From assembly GCA_050084985.1 (NCBI GenBank), contig JBITNC010000001.1:102796001-102860000 (forward strand): a stretch of DNA of 64,000 nt, given 5' to 3'. The position numbers were made by a program, and so were the translations under genes. Below the pieces are notes generated by a model. That model searched no databases. It was not told the origin of the DNA and saw only the letters and a program-made list of their open reading frames with translations. Positions 11,152 through 24,000 of the stretch are shown here, piece by piece. Source of the stretch: Nageia nagi. Lineage: Eukaryota > Plantae > Pinophyta. Position 1 is the stretch's first letter; the number at the start of each line of letters is the position of its first letter.

Positions 11152-14100
11152 TATGATATCCCTAGTTTTATGGTGTTTTCCCATTTCACCTCTGATATAT
11201 AGGAATATTAGTTTAGAAGTGATTTTATCTATTTTAGTATTTTTTGGCTTAATATTGTAAGTTCCACTTAGAGACTTAGTTAAATGCTCTAATTATGAAT
11301 GATGGGCCTTTATTTAGTTCATTATGTATAGTTAAGTACCTTAATATGCCAATAATATTGTATTAATGATACCAAGGAAATTATATTTGTAAATGCAATA
11401 TTAGTCTCATAAAATGAGGTATTGAATATTTTTAGCCTTAACGAATGTAATATTGGTATTAGATGATCCTTTTTTCATTAGTGCTCATCTCTTTGAGGTA
11501 GAGCATACCCCTTTATGATCACATAAACTACAAGGCTTCATAAAGGCTTACAGGATTGGATGTGGCACATTTAGAGAGGAATTTAGCATGGTGAGGTTTT
11601 TATGAGCTCTCCTCCTTAAGTGTTGGGCTTATGTGAACTTCAAGATCCCACATCTCATCCCAAGAGGAATCCTAGTACATGGCATTGATTCTCGGAAGCA
11701 TGAAAGGCCCTATTACTCAAATGTTGCATTTTTAGGCCCTTGGATGTGATTTCATTCATCCCAAGTCTCTTCATCTTGGACATTAGCATCATGAGCACAT
11801 GGATCACTCCTCTCCATCGTTAGATCATTTTGATGTAATATTAGAAGATAAAATACCTCTCCTATATAAGGAGGACTATTGAATTACAAAAAATATTATG
11901 AATTTATGAATAAACCCTCTTTTATCATATTGAATGTGGGAATTCTTTCTTCACCACTTATGGAGCAATATGCATTTGAGATCTTAAGGTGATTAAAGGT
12001 TAGCCTTAAGCTTACTCCATCCATTAAGGAAAGGAACTCTAGTTGCTCCATCATAGTGGAGTAGGGAAGCCTTGGGCTTCACCTTGCTACTATTGAGATT
12101 GGTGAGGCCCTAGATCCAACCATAAAAACCTTATTGGAGGAAACCTTAGTGTAATCTCCTTAGGCACCAAAAATATATTATAATTACAGTTTTATTATTT
12201 TTACATCAATACAATTACATTATTACTATCATTTTGTTGTTATTTTCTCCTTATTCTTGGACATTGGAACTGTAAGTGTATTTTCATAGTATAAAATTTG
12301 TTTTTGCTTCCTAAGTGCAACATTGGGTTTCTATGAGCTTTTCTATTTTATTACTACAATTCTACCATAATTAGCTAGATGTTGGAGTGTTTGTGAAATT
12401 TTGAGTTTAATTGGCTAGATCCAAAGTAAGAACCCAAATATGCCTCTCAATAGGGCATGCTTAAGCTTGATCCATTGATTTGGGATCATCACAATGGTAT
12501 TAGAGCCTTGATTCTACCATCTTGCTAGAATCAAGGATTCCACACACATAGTATTTTCAAGCTGAGCTGAAGAGATATTCTTTCCATCCTATTGGTAAGA
12601 AGTTTGAAGGATATACCAACTCATAGTATCACAATGATATCATTTGGAGCTAAGATATTTCCCTTGCTATTGGGTAAGAGAGGAGGATTTGCTCAAGAGA
12701 TATTACCATCCTATTCAAAGATGAATGTTTGACTTGGTAAGTGGTTAATTTTACAATTTTTGATATTTTACATCAAGTTTATGGTTTGTTTTCTTGGATC
12801 TGAGGTCCAAGAGGAAAAAGGAAGATTCGTATAGGCTAAATAAGTTGAGATCTGGGGTTGCTTGGTCATTTTGATGTTGATGTAGGTGTACTAAGGTAAT
12901 TTTAAGGGTTCATTCTACATTTAGAAGCCATACAGAGGAGTACATTGGCATTCTAAGGCCAATTTTGAGTAGTGTATGCATCACAATGGTACCCAATTGA
13001 GGTATTGACATGTTTTCATCATGAAATTTAGTTTTTGAAAGATTCTACAAAGTTTTTGGGTCATTCTAACTTGAAATTACTAAGAAATTTGGAGTTTGGA
13101 GTCATAAAAAAGAGGACATTGAGACACAAGGAGGGTCAAATTATTGAATTCGATACATTTTCATAGTGATATCTGCATATTGAAGGCTTAAAGGGAGACA
13201 TTAGATCCTTTTTGCAAAATTTTCCAAGATTTGGTAGCTGGAAATGAGATGTTGGGTGGTAGGAAGACTTAATTCGCTAAGGTACAAACCAATTTAGAGT
13301 TAAGTTTTGGGCCCATAACCCACAAGCTTGAGAGATTTGGTATAAAGGATCAATTTGTTCCACCATGAAAGTAATTAAAATCCAGGATTGAGTAATTTCT
13401 ATTTTTATTTATTTTTAGAAGGAACTATAAGGAGAAAAAGATAAAAATATTTTATTTAGGTAAGGGAAAAAAAGATAGCAAATATTTGAGAAAAATTTAA
13501 AAATATATTTTATTTCATTCTTAGAAAAGTAAAATTATTTTTACGAGTCATAAGGAATTTTTATTATTTTAATTTGACAAGAAAAATTAAAATTAGGAGT
13601 GATACGGTGTTATTTTGGAATTACATATTTTATTATGCTCAAATTATGCATTTTGGAAGAAATACAAGATATAAATATAAAAGCCAAGTTTAAAGGATTT
13701 GGAAACTCCCCAAAATCAGATGTTGGCATTGAGAAGGAATAAGAAGCTAGTGCATGGTTTTTAAATAACCTAAGATCCTATGTTGGACATCAAGGGATGT
13801 AAGGAATATTCATTTCATGCCCCCTAAGATCCACATACAATACTAGTGCAGGAATAGAAATTAGGGTAATAAAATGGCAAAACACAAGTTGGATACTTAA
13901 ATTACCCTCATGCATTAAATGTTGACACAAATGAAAATACCTAACCAAGGAACATGAACAGAAAGTGAAGGATTTGCAAGACATACTCTATCACTTTAGA
14001 TCATCGAATCACTCTCCATCCCCAAACGAACTCTAGGAAATGAGAAAGAGGAATCAAGCATGGAGGAAGTACCACAATAATATATGGATAAACTAGATAC

Positions 14101-16888
14101 TTTTAGATAAATTGTACCCTTTCACACATATTGAGAGACACATATATATAATAATTGGAAATCTCAAAAACCTTTAGATGATGATAAACCTAAAATGCGC
14201 TTACTTATTTTTTATGGAAGTGATAAAATGACTATGAAAGAATGGTTGCAGAAGTTACATACTTATTTCTCTCTTAACATTATGGATGAAGAATAAGGAA
14301 TCAAAATAGCTTCAATGTATCTTGATAGCATCACCTATGAATGATGGCACAATGAAATTACTACACTAGGACATGGAAAGGTCAAAACCATTAAGGAATT
14401 TAAAATAAGAGTATTATATAGGTTTGAGCATAGACACATAGAGGAATATTTTAAGGAATTATCTATGCTTTGACACACATCCATATTTGATGCATACATT
14501 GAAGTGTTCCAAATAATTTTAGTATCCATACCAAATGTAGAAGATAGAAGACTCACATATCTTCTCATGGATGGTTTACAAGAGCCTATCAGGTCATCAG
14601 TTAATGCCATGGAACCATTAATCTTATTAATTTCCATTCACATACAAAGCCAAGTTATTGGAAGGATTCAAATATACAAGAGGAATGGTCATCAAGAATC
14701 CCCCAATAGGAATTCTAACCATGAAAACAAGTGAAGAATCCATGGGAGGAAGACCTCCACCACAAACCAAGAAACTCACAAATAGGTTAAACTATACAAC
14801 ACATGAGGAATTGAGGAAGCAAAAACTCTGCAACACATGTTTAAATCCCTAAGGAAAAAGGAAAGTGATGTAATGGAAATTATCAAAACATGTACCTTGA
14901 TCTCTATAAGGTAAATAAGTATTTTGATGATGAGACAAACACTTTCCAACATGAAGCGAGAATTAGAGATATTGTAGGTGCATTAGCAACCCTAAAAGGA
15001 CTTGCTCAATTTGTAACCATCAAGGTATAAGGGTTCATGGAAAAAAACAAAGTTGTGGTACTCATTGATGGAGGAGCTACCCATAATTTCATATACAAGG
15101 AATTCATAAAAAGGGAGGGATTCAAGACTCAAGAATTCTTAAGATTTGAATTAGAATTGGGAATGATAACACAACAACAAGCCACAAAATGGTAAAGAAT
15201 ATGAAGGTTAAATTAGGGACTATGTGTTCACTAATAATTTCTACATCCTTCCCCTTGGAGGACTTACACACATAGTTCTTGGAGTTCAATGGCTATTTAC
15301 ACTATGAGAAGTTGTTTCCAATTACAAAATGCTAGAAATAGGTTTAAAATTCAAGTAAAATAAGTGATACTATGTGGCATGAGAGACTAGGAAGAATATG
15401 GTGTAGGATTCCAAAGGATGGAAGATATCAGGAGAAGAAGCTAGAGCACATGGATCCTAAAAATAACTTAAAATATGAGGATCAAGAAGACTCTACTACA
15501 ACTATGGATGTTCTAAATTTCTTGGAGACAAGTAATTTAGGAAGGGAAGACTTGTAATGTCCCCACTTTTATGGTGTTTTTCCCATTTTACCTTTGATAA
15601 ATGGGAACATTAGTTTAGAAGTGATTTTATCCATTTCAGTAGTTTTTGGCTAAATAATGTAAGTTCCACTTAGAAACTTAGTTAAATGCTCTAATTATGG
15701 AACAATATACTTTATTTAATTTATTGTGTATAGTTGAGTGATGTCACATACCAATAGTGTTGTATTAATGATACCAAGGAAATTATATTTGTAAATGCAA
15801 TATTAGTCTCCTAAAATAAGACATTACATATTTCTAGCCTTGACAAATGTAATATTGGTATTAGATGGTGCTCTTTTCATTAGTTCTTTTCTCTTTGAGG
15901 TAAAGCATCCCCCTTTGTGATTATGCAAAGTACAAGGTATCATAAAGGCTTTTAGGCTTGAATGTGGCATATTTAGAGATGGATTTGGCATCATGATGTA
16001 TTTATGAGATCTCCTCCTTAGATGTTGGACTTATGTGGACTTAAAGACCCTACATCTGACCCAAGAGGCATTTTAGTGTATGGTATTGATTCTAAGAAGC
16101 ATTAAAGGCCTTATTACTCCAATGTTTCTTTTCTATTCCCTTGGGTGTGATTTCATTCATCCCAAGGCACTCCATCCTAGGCATTAGAATCATGAGCACA
16201 CATATCACTCCTCTCCATCATTCAATAATCTTAATGCAAGATTAGAATATGGAATACCTCTTCAATATAAGGAGGGATACTAGATTATGGAAGATATGTT
16301 GAATTTATAAATAAACCCCCTTTTATCAAATGGAGTGTGAGAACTCTTTCTTCAATACTTGTGGAGAAATATGCATTTGAGGTATTAAGGTGATTGAAGG
16401 CTAGCCTTAAGCTTACTCTATCTATTGAAGAGAGGAACTCTATCTGTTCCATCATAGAGGAGTAGGGAAGCCTGGGATTGGCCTTGCTTCTATTGAGATT
16501 GGTGAGGCCCTAAAGCCATCCACAAAAACCCTATTGGAGGCAACCTTGTTGTAAGCTCTTTAGGCACCAAAAATATATTATAATAATGATTTTATTATTG
16601 TTACATCAATATAATTATATTATTACTATCATGTTGTTGTTATTATCTCTTTGTGCTTGGACATTGGAAATGGAAGTGTATTTTTATAGTATAAAATCTA
16701 TCATTTCTTCCTAAGTGCAATGTTGGGTTTCTATGAGCATTTATGGTTTATTATTACAATTATTCCATAATTAGCTAAAACATTAGAGTGTGTGTACAAT
16801 TGAGTATTGGCTAGATATAGAGTAAGAACCCAAATGTCCCTCTCCTAGGGAACATTTAGGCATAATCCATCGATTTGGGATCATCACA
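11152..16888 (+). mobile_element. Non-autonomous gag+protease-only gypsy element of chromovirus type (TR-GAG-like) (A); LTRs 11152-12493 and 15553-16888
   Basis: ~1.34-kb direct repeats ending gggatcatcaca. TSD ttcca at 11147-11151 and 16889-16893. PBS tggtattagagcc (Met-i type) at 12495. PPT aggaagggaagac just before 15553. Confidence 0.92.
14186..15350 (+). pseudogene. Decayed gag and aspartic protease of element A
   Basis: KPKMRLLIFYGSDK..EWLQKLHTYF..ASMYLD..E*W (gag); EELRKQKLCNTC; VVLIDGGATHNFI (~15055-15092) and IVLGVQWL (protease). No RT, RH or INT core precedes the PPT. Confidence 0.8.
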
Positions 16889-18866
16889 TTCCATAAGTGG
16901 TTGATTTACTACTTATTATTTTATTTCCTTCTATAATTCCCTAGGTTATTAAGATTAAGATTTGGGATTATCTAGTACCTCTCTATATTATTATGTTGGG
17001 ACTTTTTAAGGCCTAGGTGGTGGTTACATACCTTTAATTCATCCTTTATTTACAAATTTCATGAAAAACCTATTGAAATATGTATCTCTTTATGATGATG
17101 ACCTAATTTAATTGAGGGGTATTCTAGGTACTTATATTAATTGGAAAGACAAAAATACATTTGCTTTTGGAGGAGATGGAACTATCTCCTTATGAGGTGT
17201 TTAGCATTCTAGGCTTGCCACTTCCTCCTCATTGAGGTCTATATGCACTCTAGAAGTGTTATCTTTTGAATAGGCAAAGTAATATTGCCTTTCTTTTTCC
17301 TTCTCTCTAAGGGACATGATTATTTTTTTGGAATACTCTTTTATTACCTTGCTCGCTACCAATTTCTATTTTGATTTGTATTATCTTTGAGCATTTGGTT
17401 TTTGGAGGAGTTTTCACCCTCACTTGTATTTTATTTGAGGGAGAAGGCTTTTCCTCTTGCTTCATTTTTGTAGTCTGAGAAGGGGTAGATTTAGATTTGA
17501 TGGTGTTAAAACTTCCCAAAGCTTTTATAAATTCTAGTATAGGATCTACTTCATAAATTGTATCCCATTATTTTTCACCCCTAAATGTACCAAACTTCAT
17601 ACTCTCTTGGACAATAACTTTATCTCCCATTTTAAACCTAAATACAGTGAAATATATTATTTTTGTTTCACCCTAATGATACGTATCTTGCAAATCATGG
17701 AACAAATTACGAGTGAGGTTAAACTCATTATTCTTAGTATCTCATTTGTGTTTCTTTGGAAAGGATTCCATGTTCATCCAATCCATTTTTACTAGGCCAA
17801 ATTCATAATGTATAACTTGTTCTACTTTCTCTTTAGGCATATTCTTGAATGCTTTGAGGTATATCCTGGATTCATGTTTGAAAGAGGGTCCCTTAGACTA
17901 GGCCTTTCATATTGCCTCCATTGTTCATAGAGGATCATATGGCCATGTTGTATCTATTTCCTATAACTAAAAATTCTTCTTCATGAAGGTGTGTATATCT
18001 TAATATTGTTCATATGTGTCTAGGGTGAAAGAAAACACAACTAATGGATATTTCATCGTTTAGTTAAGCGTGATTGTCATTGTTGTCAACACGTGTTTTG
18101 TGTTCTTCGTGCAAGTTTTTTAGAGCGATAAGCACTTCCGAATGATAGGCAGGCTTCCGGAATGAAGTGATGACGTTCCGGAATGAAATGATAAAGCAGA
18201 GTTGTGGAAAAGTCCGGGTTCTAGAAAAGGTGAGAGTTGTAGAGAAGTTCGGGTTCCGGAGGATATGAGTGATTGTCATGCTGTCAACAAGGCTTTGATC
18301 GGGTTTTCCAGAGGTTTTGACCGGGTTCCGGAGGAGATGAGTGATTGTCATGTTGTCAACACGTGATTTTGGTAAAGACCAGGAACCGGAAGCTATGAGG
18401 TCGGCAAGGAGCGATCAAATAGCCGACGCCAGTGAGTAAAACATTCCTAAGGGAAGAGATGACGTCACAGGAAGAACGATGTTTGCATTTGTGAATAGAA
18501 CCTGGTTCCGGAGATGATGAGGTCAGCAAAGAGTGATCAAAGAGCCGGAGCTAGCAAATAAAGCATTCTAGAATGCAGAGATGAGATCGGTAAAGAAAGA
18601 TTGAAAATCCGGAGTCCATAAAGTAAATGTCCCGAAAGTAAAATGTTCAGGATTAAAAGGATGACGTCACAGAGGATAAGATAGTCGCGTTTTGCTAAAG
18701 ACCGGAGTTCGGAGATGATGACATCAGCAGTTGGTGTTGAAAAGTCTGGAAGGCCACGTAGATACATTGGAACTCTCTTTCGGAGTCCGGAGATGATGAC
18801 ATCATGCGAGAAGCATTTTACTCTGCTTCTGGAGTCCGAAGAAGATGACGTCAGCAGTTGGTGTTT

Positions 18867-18964
18867 AAAAGTCCGGAGATAAAAGTTCGGAGACAAAAGT
18901 CCGGAGACAAAAGTTCGAAGATAAAAGTTCGGAGATGAAAGTGCGGAGATAAGAGTCTGGAGAT
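18867..18964. repeat. 14-bp tandem repeat x7 (aaaagtYcggagaY)
   Basis: Units start at 18867, 18881, 18895, 18909, 18923, 18937 and 18951. Confidence 0.9.
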
Positions 18965-19036
18965 GATGACATCATGCGAGAAGCATTTTACTCTACTTCT
19001 GGAGTTCAGAGATGATGACATCATGGTGTATACAAT

Positions 19037-19141
19037 AAAGAGTCCAGGATTATCAGAAATACCATTATGAAGAAGAAAAGAGTCCAGAATTATCAGAAAT
19101 ACCATTATGAAGAAGAAAAGAGTCCAGAATTATCAGAAATA
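19037..19141. repeat. 40-bp tandem repeat x2.6
   Basis: agtccagRattatcagaaataccattatgaagaagaaaag starts at 19041 and 19081, with a partial copy at 19121. Confidence 0.92.
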
Positions 19142-19380
19142 ATCAGATACTATCAAATCTCTGAAATTAGTGGAGAAAGAGGTATACTTGTCTAAACAAC
19201 TCTGTTTGAGCAATAGGAGCGTTCGTCAGTTATAGCAGTTGCAGACTCAGATAGTGAACTCCCTTTTGGTACAGAAGTAGTTACAAATAAGGATTCCTTT
19301 TCAGTTTGTTTTTGATAACGTGTAATGATAGGAACAGTTTCTTGATGTGTAACGGTTAATTACAGGAATGAAGTGAATGA

Positions 19381-19566
19381 AGTGGTAGTTGTGAGTGTAC
19401 AGCTCGAGGTGAGTGGAAGTTATGATTGCACAGCTCGAGGAGAGTGGTAGTTATGAGTGCACAGCTTGAGAAGAGTGGAAGTTATGAGTGCACAGCTCGA
19501 GGAGAGTGGAAGTAATGATTGCACAGCTCGAGGAGAGTGGTAGTTGTGAGTACACAGCTTGAGAAG
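19381..19566. repeat. 31-bp tandem repeat x6
   Basis: agtggWagttRtgaKtgcacagctYgagRag units at 19381, 19412, 19443, 19474, 19505 and 19536. Confidence 0.92.
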
Positions 19567-19867
19567 AGGTGAAGTGGTGCGCGAAGAGAAGTGTGTAGAG
19601 TGAAGTGTCGGAGTGGAGGCAATAGTGTGTGATGAGATGTGCGTGTAGAGAAGTGCGAGAGAGGAGGTAATAGCATGGAAGAGGGGAGTATCAGGAGCAT
19701 GTGAAGTGAGCAAACGTATATGCAGACAGTATAGTGATTGTTTAACTGTGTTACTTTGGAGCTGTGTGTAGAGATCAAACAGTGAGCATTAGAGCTAGAC
19801 CATTGAGGGTCTTCTAGAATTGTATTCCTTCCTCCCTTTTGAATGTTGTCTCAAGTGGGTGCTTGAT

Positions 19868-20090
19868 AAGTGGTAGTTGGTGCTACCCTTCACAGTTGGT
19901 GCTGTGAATTTGAGAGCTGGAGTTGGTGCTCTAAGTAGTAGGTGCTGCTATTCTCAAAGTGGTAGTTGGTGCTACCCTTCACAGTCGGTGCTGTGAATTT
20001 GAGAGCTGGAGTTGGTGCTTCAAGCAGTAGGTGCTGCTATTCTCAAAGTGGTAGTTGGTGCTACCCTTCACAGTTGGTGCTGTGAATCTG
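19868..20090. repeat. 89-bp tandem repeat x2.5 built from agttggtgct sub-repeats
   Basis: aagtggtagttggtgctacccttcacag... starts at 19868, 19957 and 20046. Confidence 0.92.
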
Positions 20091-21097
20091 TAAGCTTTCT
20101 TTAATGGCTGGATTTGGATTGGTGTCCAAGCAGTCATTTTCGGGGATGTAGCCAATCTGGTGAACCTCGTTACATCTGGTGTTGTGTGATGTACTGGTGT
20201 GCTTGTTCATTTCTCTCTGGCTTTTAATCTATCTTTATTTAATAAGATTACATTGATTATTTTTATATACACTGATTCACCCCCCCCTCTCAGTGTCACT
20301 CGAAGTCCAACATCATCAAAGTTCTATGTTTAACCTTTACCCAAATCTTCATCTCTATTATATCAGTTTATTTATCAAACTCTAACAAAAATAGCTATTT
20401 AAAAATATAATTGGGAAAATAAAAGGGATAATCGAGAAGCCATACCTGATAATCACTATTCTCATCTTCATAAAATACCAATCACCTATCTCTTTCCCTT
20501 TAGTTTGCAACATTATTTTGTATTTATCTATTAGCCTTGGTAAATATTCCCTAATAAGTGCCCTCATGGAAGGCTCTATGAAATATTTCATAAAATAATA
20601 ATAGGAACTACTATGGTGTTACATCATTTGATTTCAAATGTCTATACTAAGGGAAATGCTTATGCTAAGAGTGGATAATCTATGATATTATTAGAGAACC
20701 ATTCCTAATTTTGGTTTATGGATAACCATAAAAGCAAAGATAAATATCTAAAATTACCACCTTTTTCTAATCTCTCTAATTGCTAGGAAATATGGTTTGA
20801 AATATAATGAAATTTCATTTGATGTTGGACTATGGCTATATCAATAAAATAATTACAGGTTTTGCAAAAATATTTGAATCATACCCAAGTATTATAATAA
20901 GTGCATAAATTACCTTCCTAATTCATGGATTGTTGAACCTCGCCATCTCTAATTCCTATGATAACTTATCTTAGATATTTGAATTTTTATGGTCTATAAA
21001 CTACAACTTCTTTTCAAGAACCCACTCATACATTTTCTTTTCATGCTTGGGACTTACAAGTTTCAATCTATTTTGATACCAATGTGGGGGAGATGTG

Positions 21098-24000
21098 TGT
21101 TAGGATTCAATAATTTCATATAAATAAGAGCATCAATAATTCTCCTACTCCTTGGCAAAAAAACAACATTCAAGCATACTAAAATCAAACAACTATGAAC
21201 ATCAATCACACAATGAGAGACACAAGAGATAACGTGGTTCACCCAATGTAGGCTACATCCATGGAGAAGCTTTCAACCCTTTTGCATAACATTCTTCCAA
21301 GTCCTCCAAGCAACAAACCAGCAGCACAACCTTGCTACAACCTTCACTTTGGAGCTACAACAAAGCCTCACTACAATATCTCTCTCTCAGGCTATCTACA
21401 TAATCCACCAAACTACAATTACAAGCAACTCATAACTGCTGCTAAAACTACTTACAAACTTCAATCTATATGCCTCAACTCAAGCCTCTTATTTATAGAT
21501 ATAAACAAACCCAACTTAAACCCAAGCTGGATCTAGAAGATCGTGAGGTTACCCCCAACCCTTCAGTAACTCATATCCAAGTGTCATGGCTTCTTGGCAA
21601 CTAAAATTTGGTGTCAAACAAGAAAAGAAACGCTCTCTATTTTAGCCGATTGGCCGGTTCTGACAGGGTTTATCCGGTTGGTCAGTTGGTAGGCTGGTTG
21701 GCCGGCTAGCTATAGTCTCCATTTTCAACAATCTCCCACTTGGAGACTTCCTTCTCTGCAACAAGGGTCGAAAGCTTCTCATCTTGGCCTTTACTCCTTA
21801 AGACCAATCCAAGTTGAGCAAGAGCCCAAATTCTCCTTCGTAACAACTTTAGTGAACATGTCTGTAGGATTTTGAGACATGTGAATCTTTCCCAAACTAA
21901 CTGAACCATCCTCCAATGCTATCTTGATGAAGTGGTACCTCAATTTGATATTTTTGGTTCTTTAATGGAAGGTTGAGTTCTTTGCAAGATGGATAGCACT
22001 CTGGCTATTGCTCCATAGCTTCGCATCCTCCTACACCTTTCCCAGTTCCTCCATCAACCTCTTCAACCAAATCAATTCTTTGCTACCTTCCGTAATTACA
22101 ACGTACTCTACCTCAGTAGTGGAGAGAGCCACAACCTGTTGGAGCTTAGAAATCCAACTAACTACTGTACCTCCAATGGTAAACACATATCCTGTAGTAC
22201 TTCTCCCACCATCTATATCACCTACCATGTCAGAGTCAACATAACCTTTCAAACAAGAGTTAGATCCACCAAAACATAAAGAGTAATGAGAAGTACCCCT
22301 TAAATACCTAAGGATCCATTTAACTACTTCCCAATGCCCTTTTTTTGGATTGTTCATGAATCTACTAACCACTCCCACTGCTTGTGCTATATCTGGTCTA
22401 GTACATACCATTGCATACATTAAACTCCCAACCGCCGAAGCATAGGGAACCTTAGTCATGTACTCCTTTTCCTTATCTATCTTAGGACTTAAATGTTTGG
22501 TGAGTTTAAAATGCTTTGCCAATGGTGTAGTTACAGATTTTACATCTTTCATATTGAACCTTTTAAGAACCTTATCATATAATCTTCTTGACTTAGTCTA
22601 AGCAAGTGGTTTTGTTTATCTCTTGTTATTTTCATTCCAAGAATTTGTTTAGCTTCACCCAAATCCTTCATTTCAAAAGTATTAGCCAACTTTTTCTTAA
22701 GATCAATAATATCTTGCATACTAGATCCTGCTACCAACATATCATCTACATACAAAAGCAAGATTACATAGTTGCCATTTGTTGTCTTCTTTACATATAC
22801 ACAATGATCCGATTTACATCTTACAAATTTATTTGTTATCATGAAAGTGTCAAACTTGTGATACCATTGCCTAGGTGCTTGCTTCAAACTGTACAAGCTC
22901 TTTTTCAATTTACATACATACCCTTCTTTACCTTTGACCTCAAAACCTTTAAGTTGATGCATATAAATATCCTCCTCCAAATCCCCATGAAGGAAAGCTA
23001 TCTTTACATCCAATTGTTCAAGAAACAAGTTTTCAGTAGCAACAAGACTCAATATTATTCTAATCGAGGTCATTTTAACAACTGGAGAAAAGATCTCATC
23101 ATAATCTATACCTTTTTTCTGAACAAAACCCTTTACCACAAGTCTTGCCTTATATCTTTGTCACTCGTCTCCCTACCCGTCTCCCTCTTCCTTTATCCTA
23201 TACACCCATTTGTTTGTAAGTGCCTTCTTACCCTCTGGAAGCTCAACCAAACTCCAAGTCTGATTCTTAAGTAAGGAGTCCATCTCCTCTTCATAGCATG
23301 CTCCCACTTAATCTGTGTACCACCCTGCATAGCTTCATCAAAACATTTAGGTTCACCACCATCAGTATAAAGAACATGATAAAGAGCAGGAGAATATCAT
23401 TTAGGAGGTTTTCTAGTCCTTAAGGACCTTCTAAGTGACAAATTTTGAGGTGTTTGTGGTGGAGGTGCTTGAACATTATTATTAATAGGACCCTTATATT
23501 GATCAACATCTTCTAGAGATACAAACTTGGGTTTCTCATCCTTTTGCAATCTATCTTTATACATGCTTTTCTCATTGAATACAACATCTCTACTTCTAAT
23601 GATTTTATGGTTATCAACATCCCATAACCTATATCCCAAATCATTAACACCATATCCAACAAGATAGCATTTTTGTGATTTTGCATCAAGTTTCTTTCTA
23701 TCCTCTTTATCAATATGTGCAAAAGCCTCACAACCAAAGACTCTCAAGAATGAGTAATTCACCTTTTTACCTGTCCACATCTCCTCTGGAATACCTCCAT
23801 CTAAAGCCATAGATGGACCCTATTAATCAAGTAAATAGTAGTGTCAATAGCATCAGCCCAAAGATTCAAAGGAAACCCAGCATGTATCCTCATACTTCTA
23901 GCCCTTTCCAAGATAGTCCTATTCATTCTTTCAGCAACCTCATTTTCCTGTGGAGTTCTAGGAACTACCTTAATCCTTCTAATGCCATTGTGTGAACAAA

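Larger units (their letters stand above)
18058..20312 (+). mobile_element. Long solo LTR (~2.25 kb), SIRE/Maximus-like copia (B)
   Basis: Ends attcaccccccccctctcagtg...tccaaca, a C-run U5 motif characteristic of SIRE-type LTRs. TSD tcatc at 18053-18057 and 20313-20317. No PBS or PPT. Much richer in GC and CpG than its flanks. The 5' end lacks a clean TG. Confidence 0.8.

Noticed and set aside
19381-19778. ORFs 19420-19713 and 19482-19778 with repeated peptides
   Set aside because: They are translations of the 31-bp LTR tandem repeat, whose period is not a multiple of 3.
21072-21092. tttgatacca followed by tgtgggggag, resembling a reverse PBS next to an LTR end
   Set aside because: The extra-ORF frame of element G reads straight through (ILHISPTLVSK) and no matching LTR follows.
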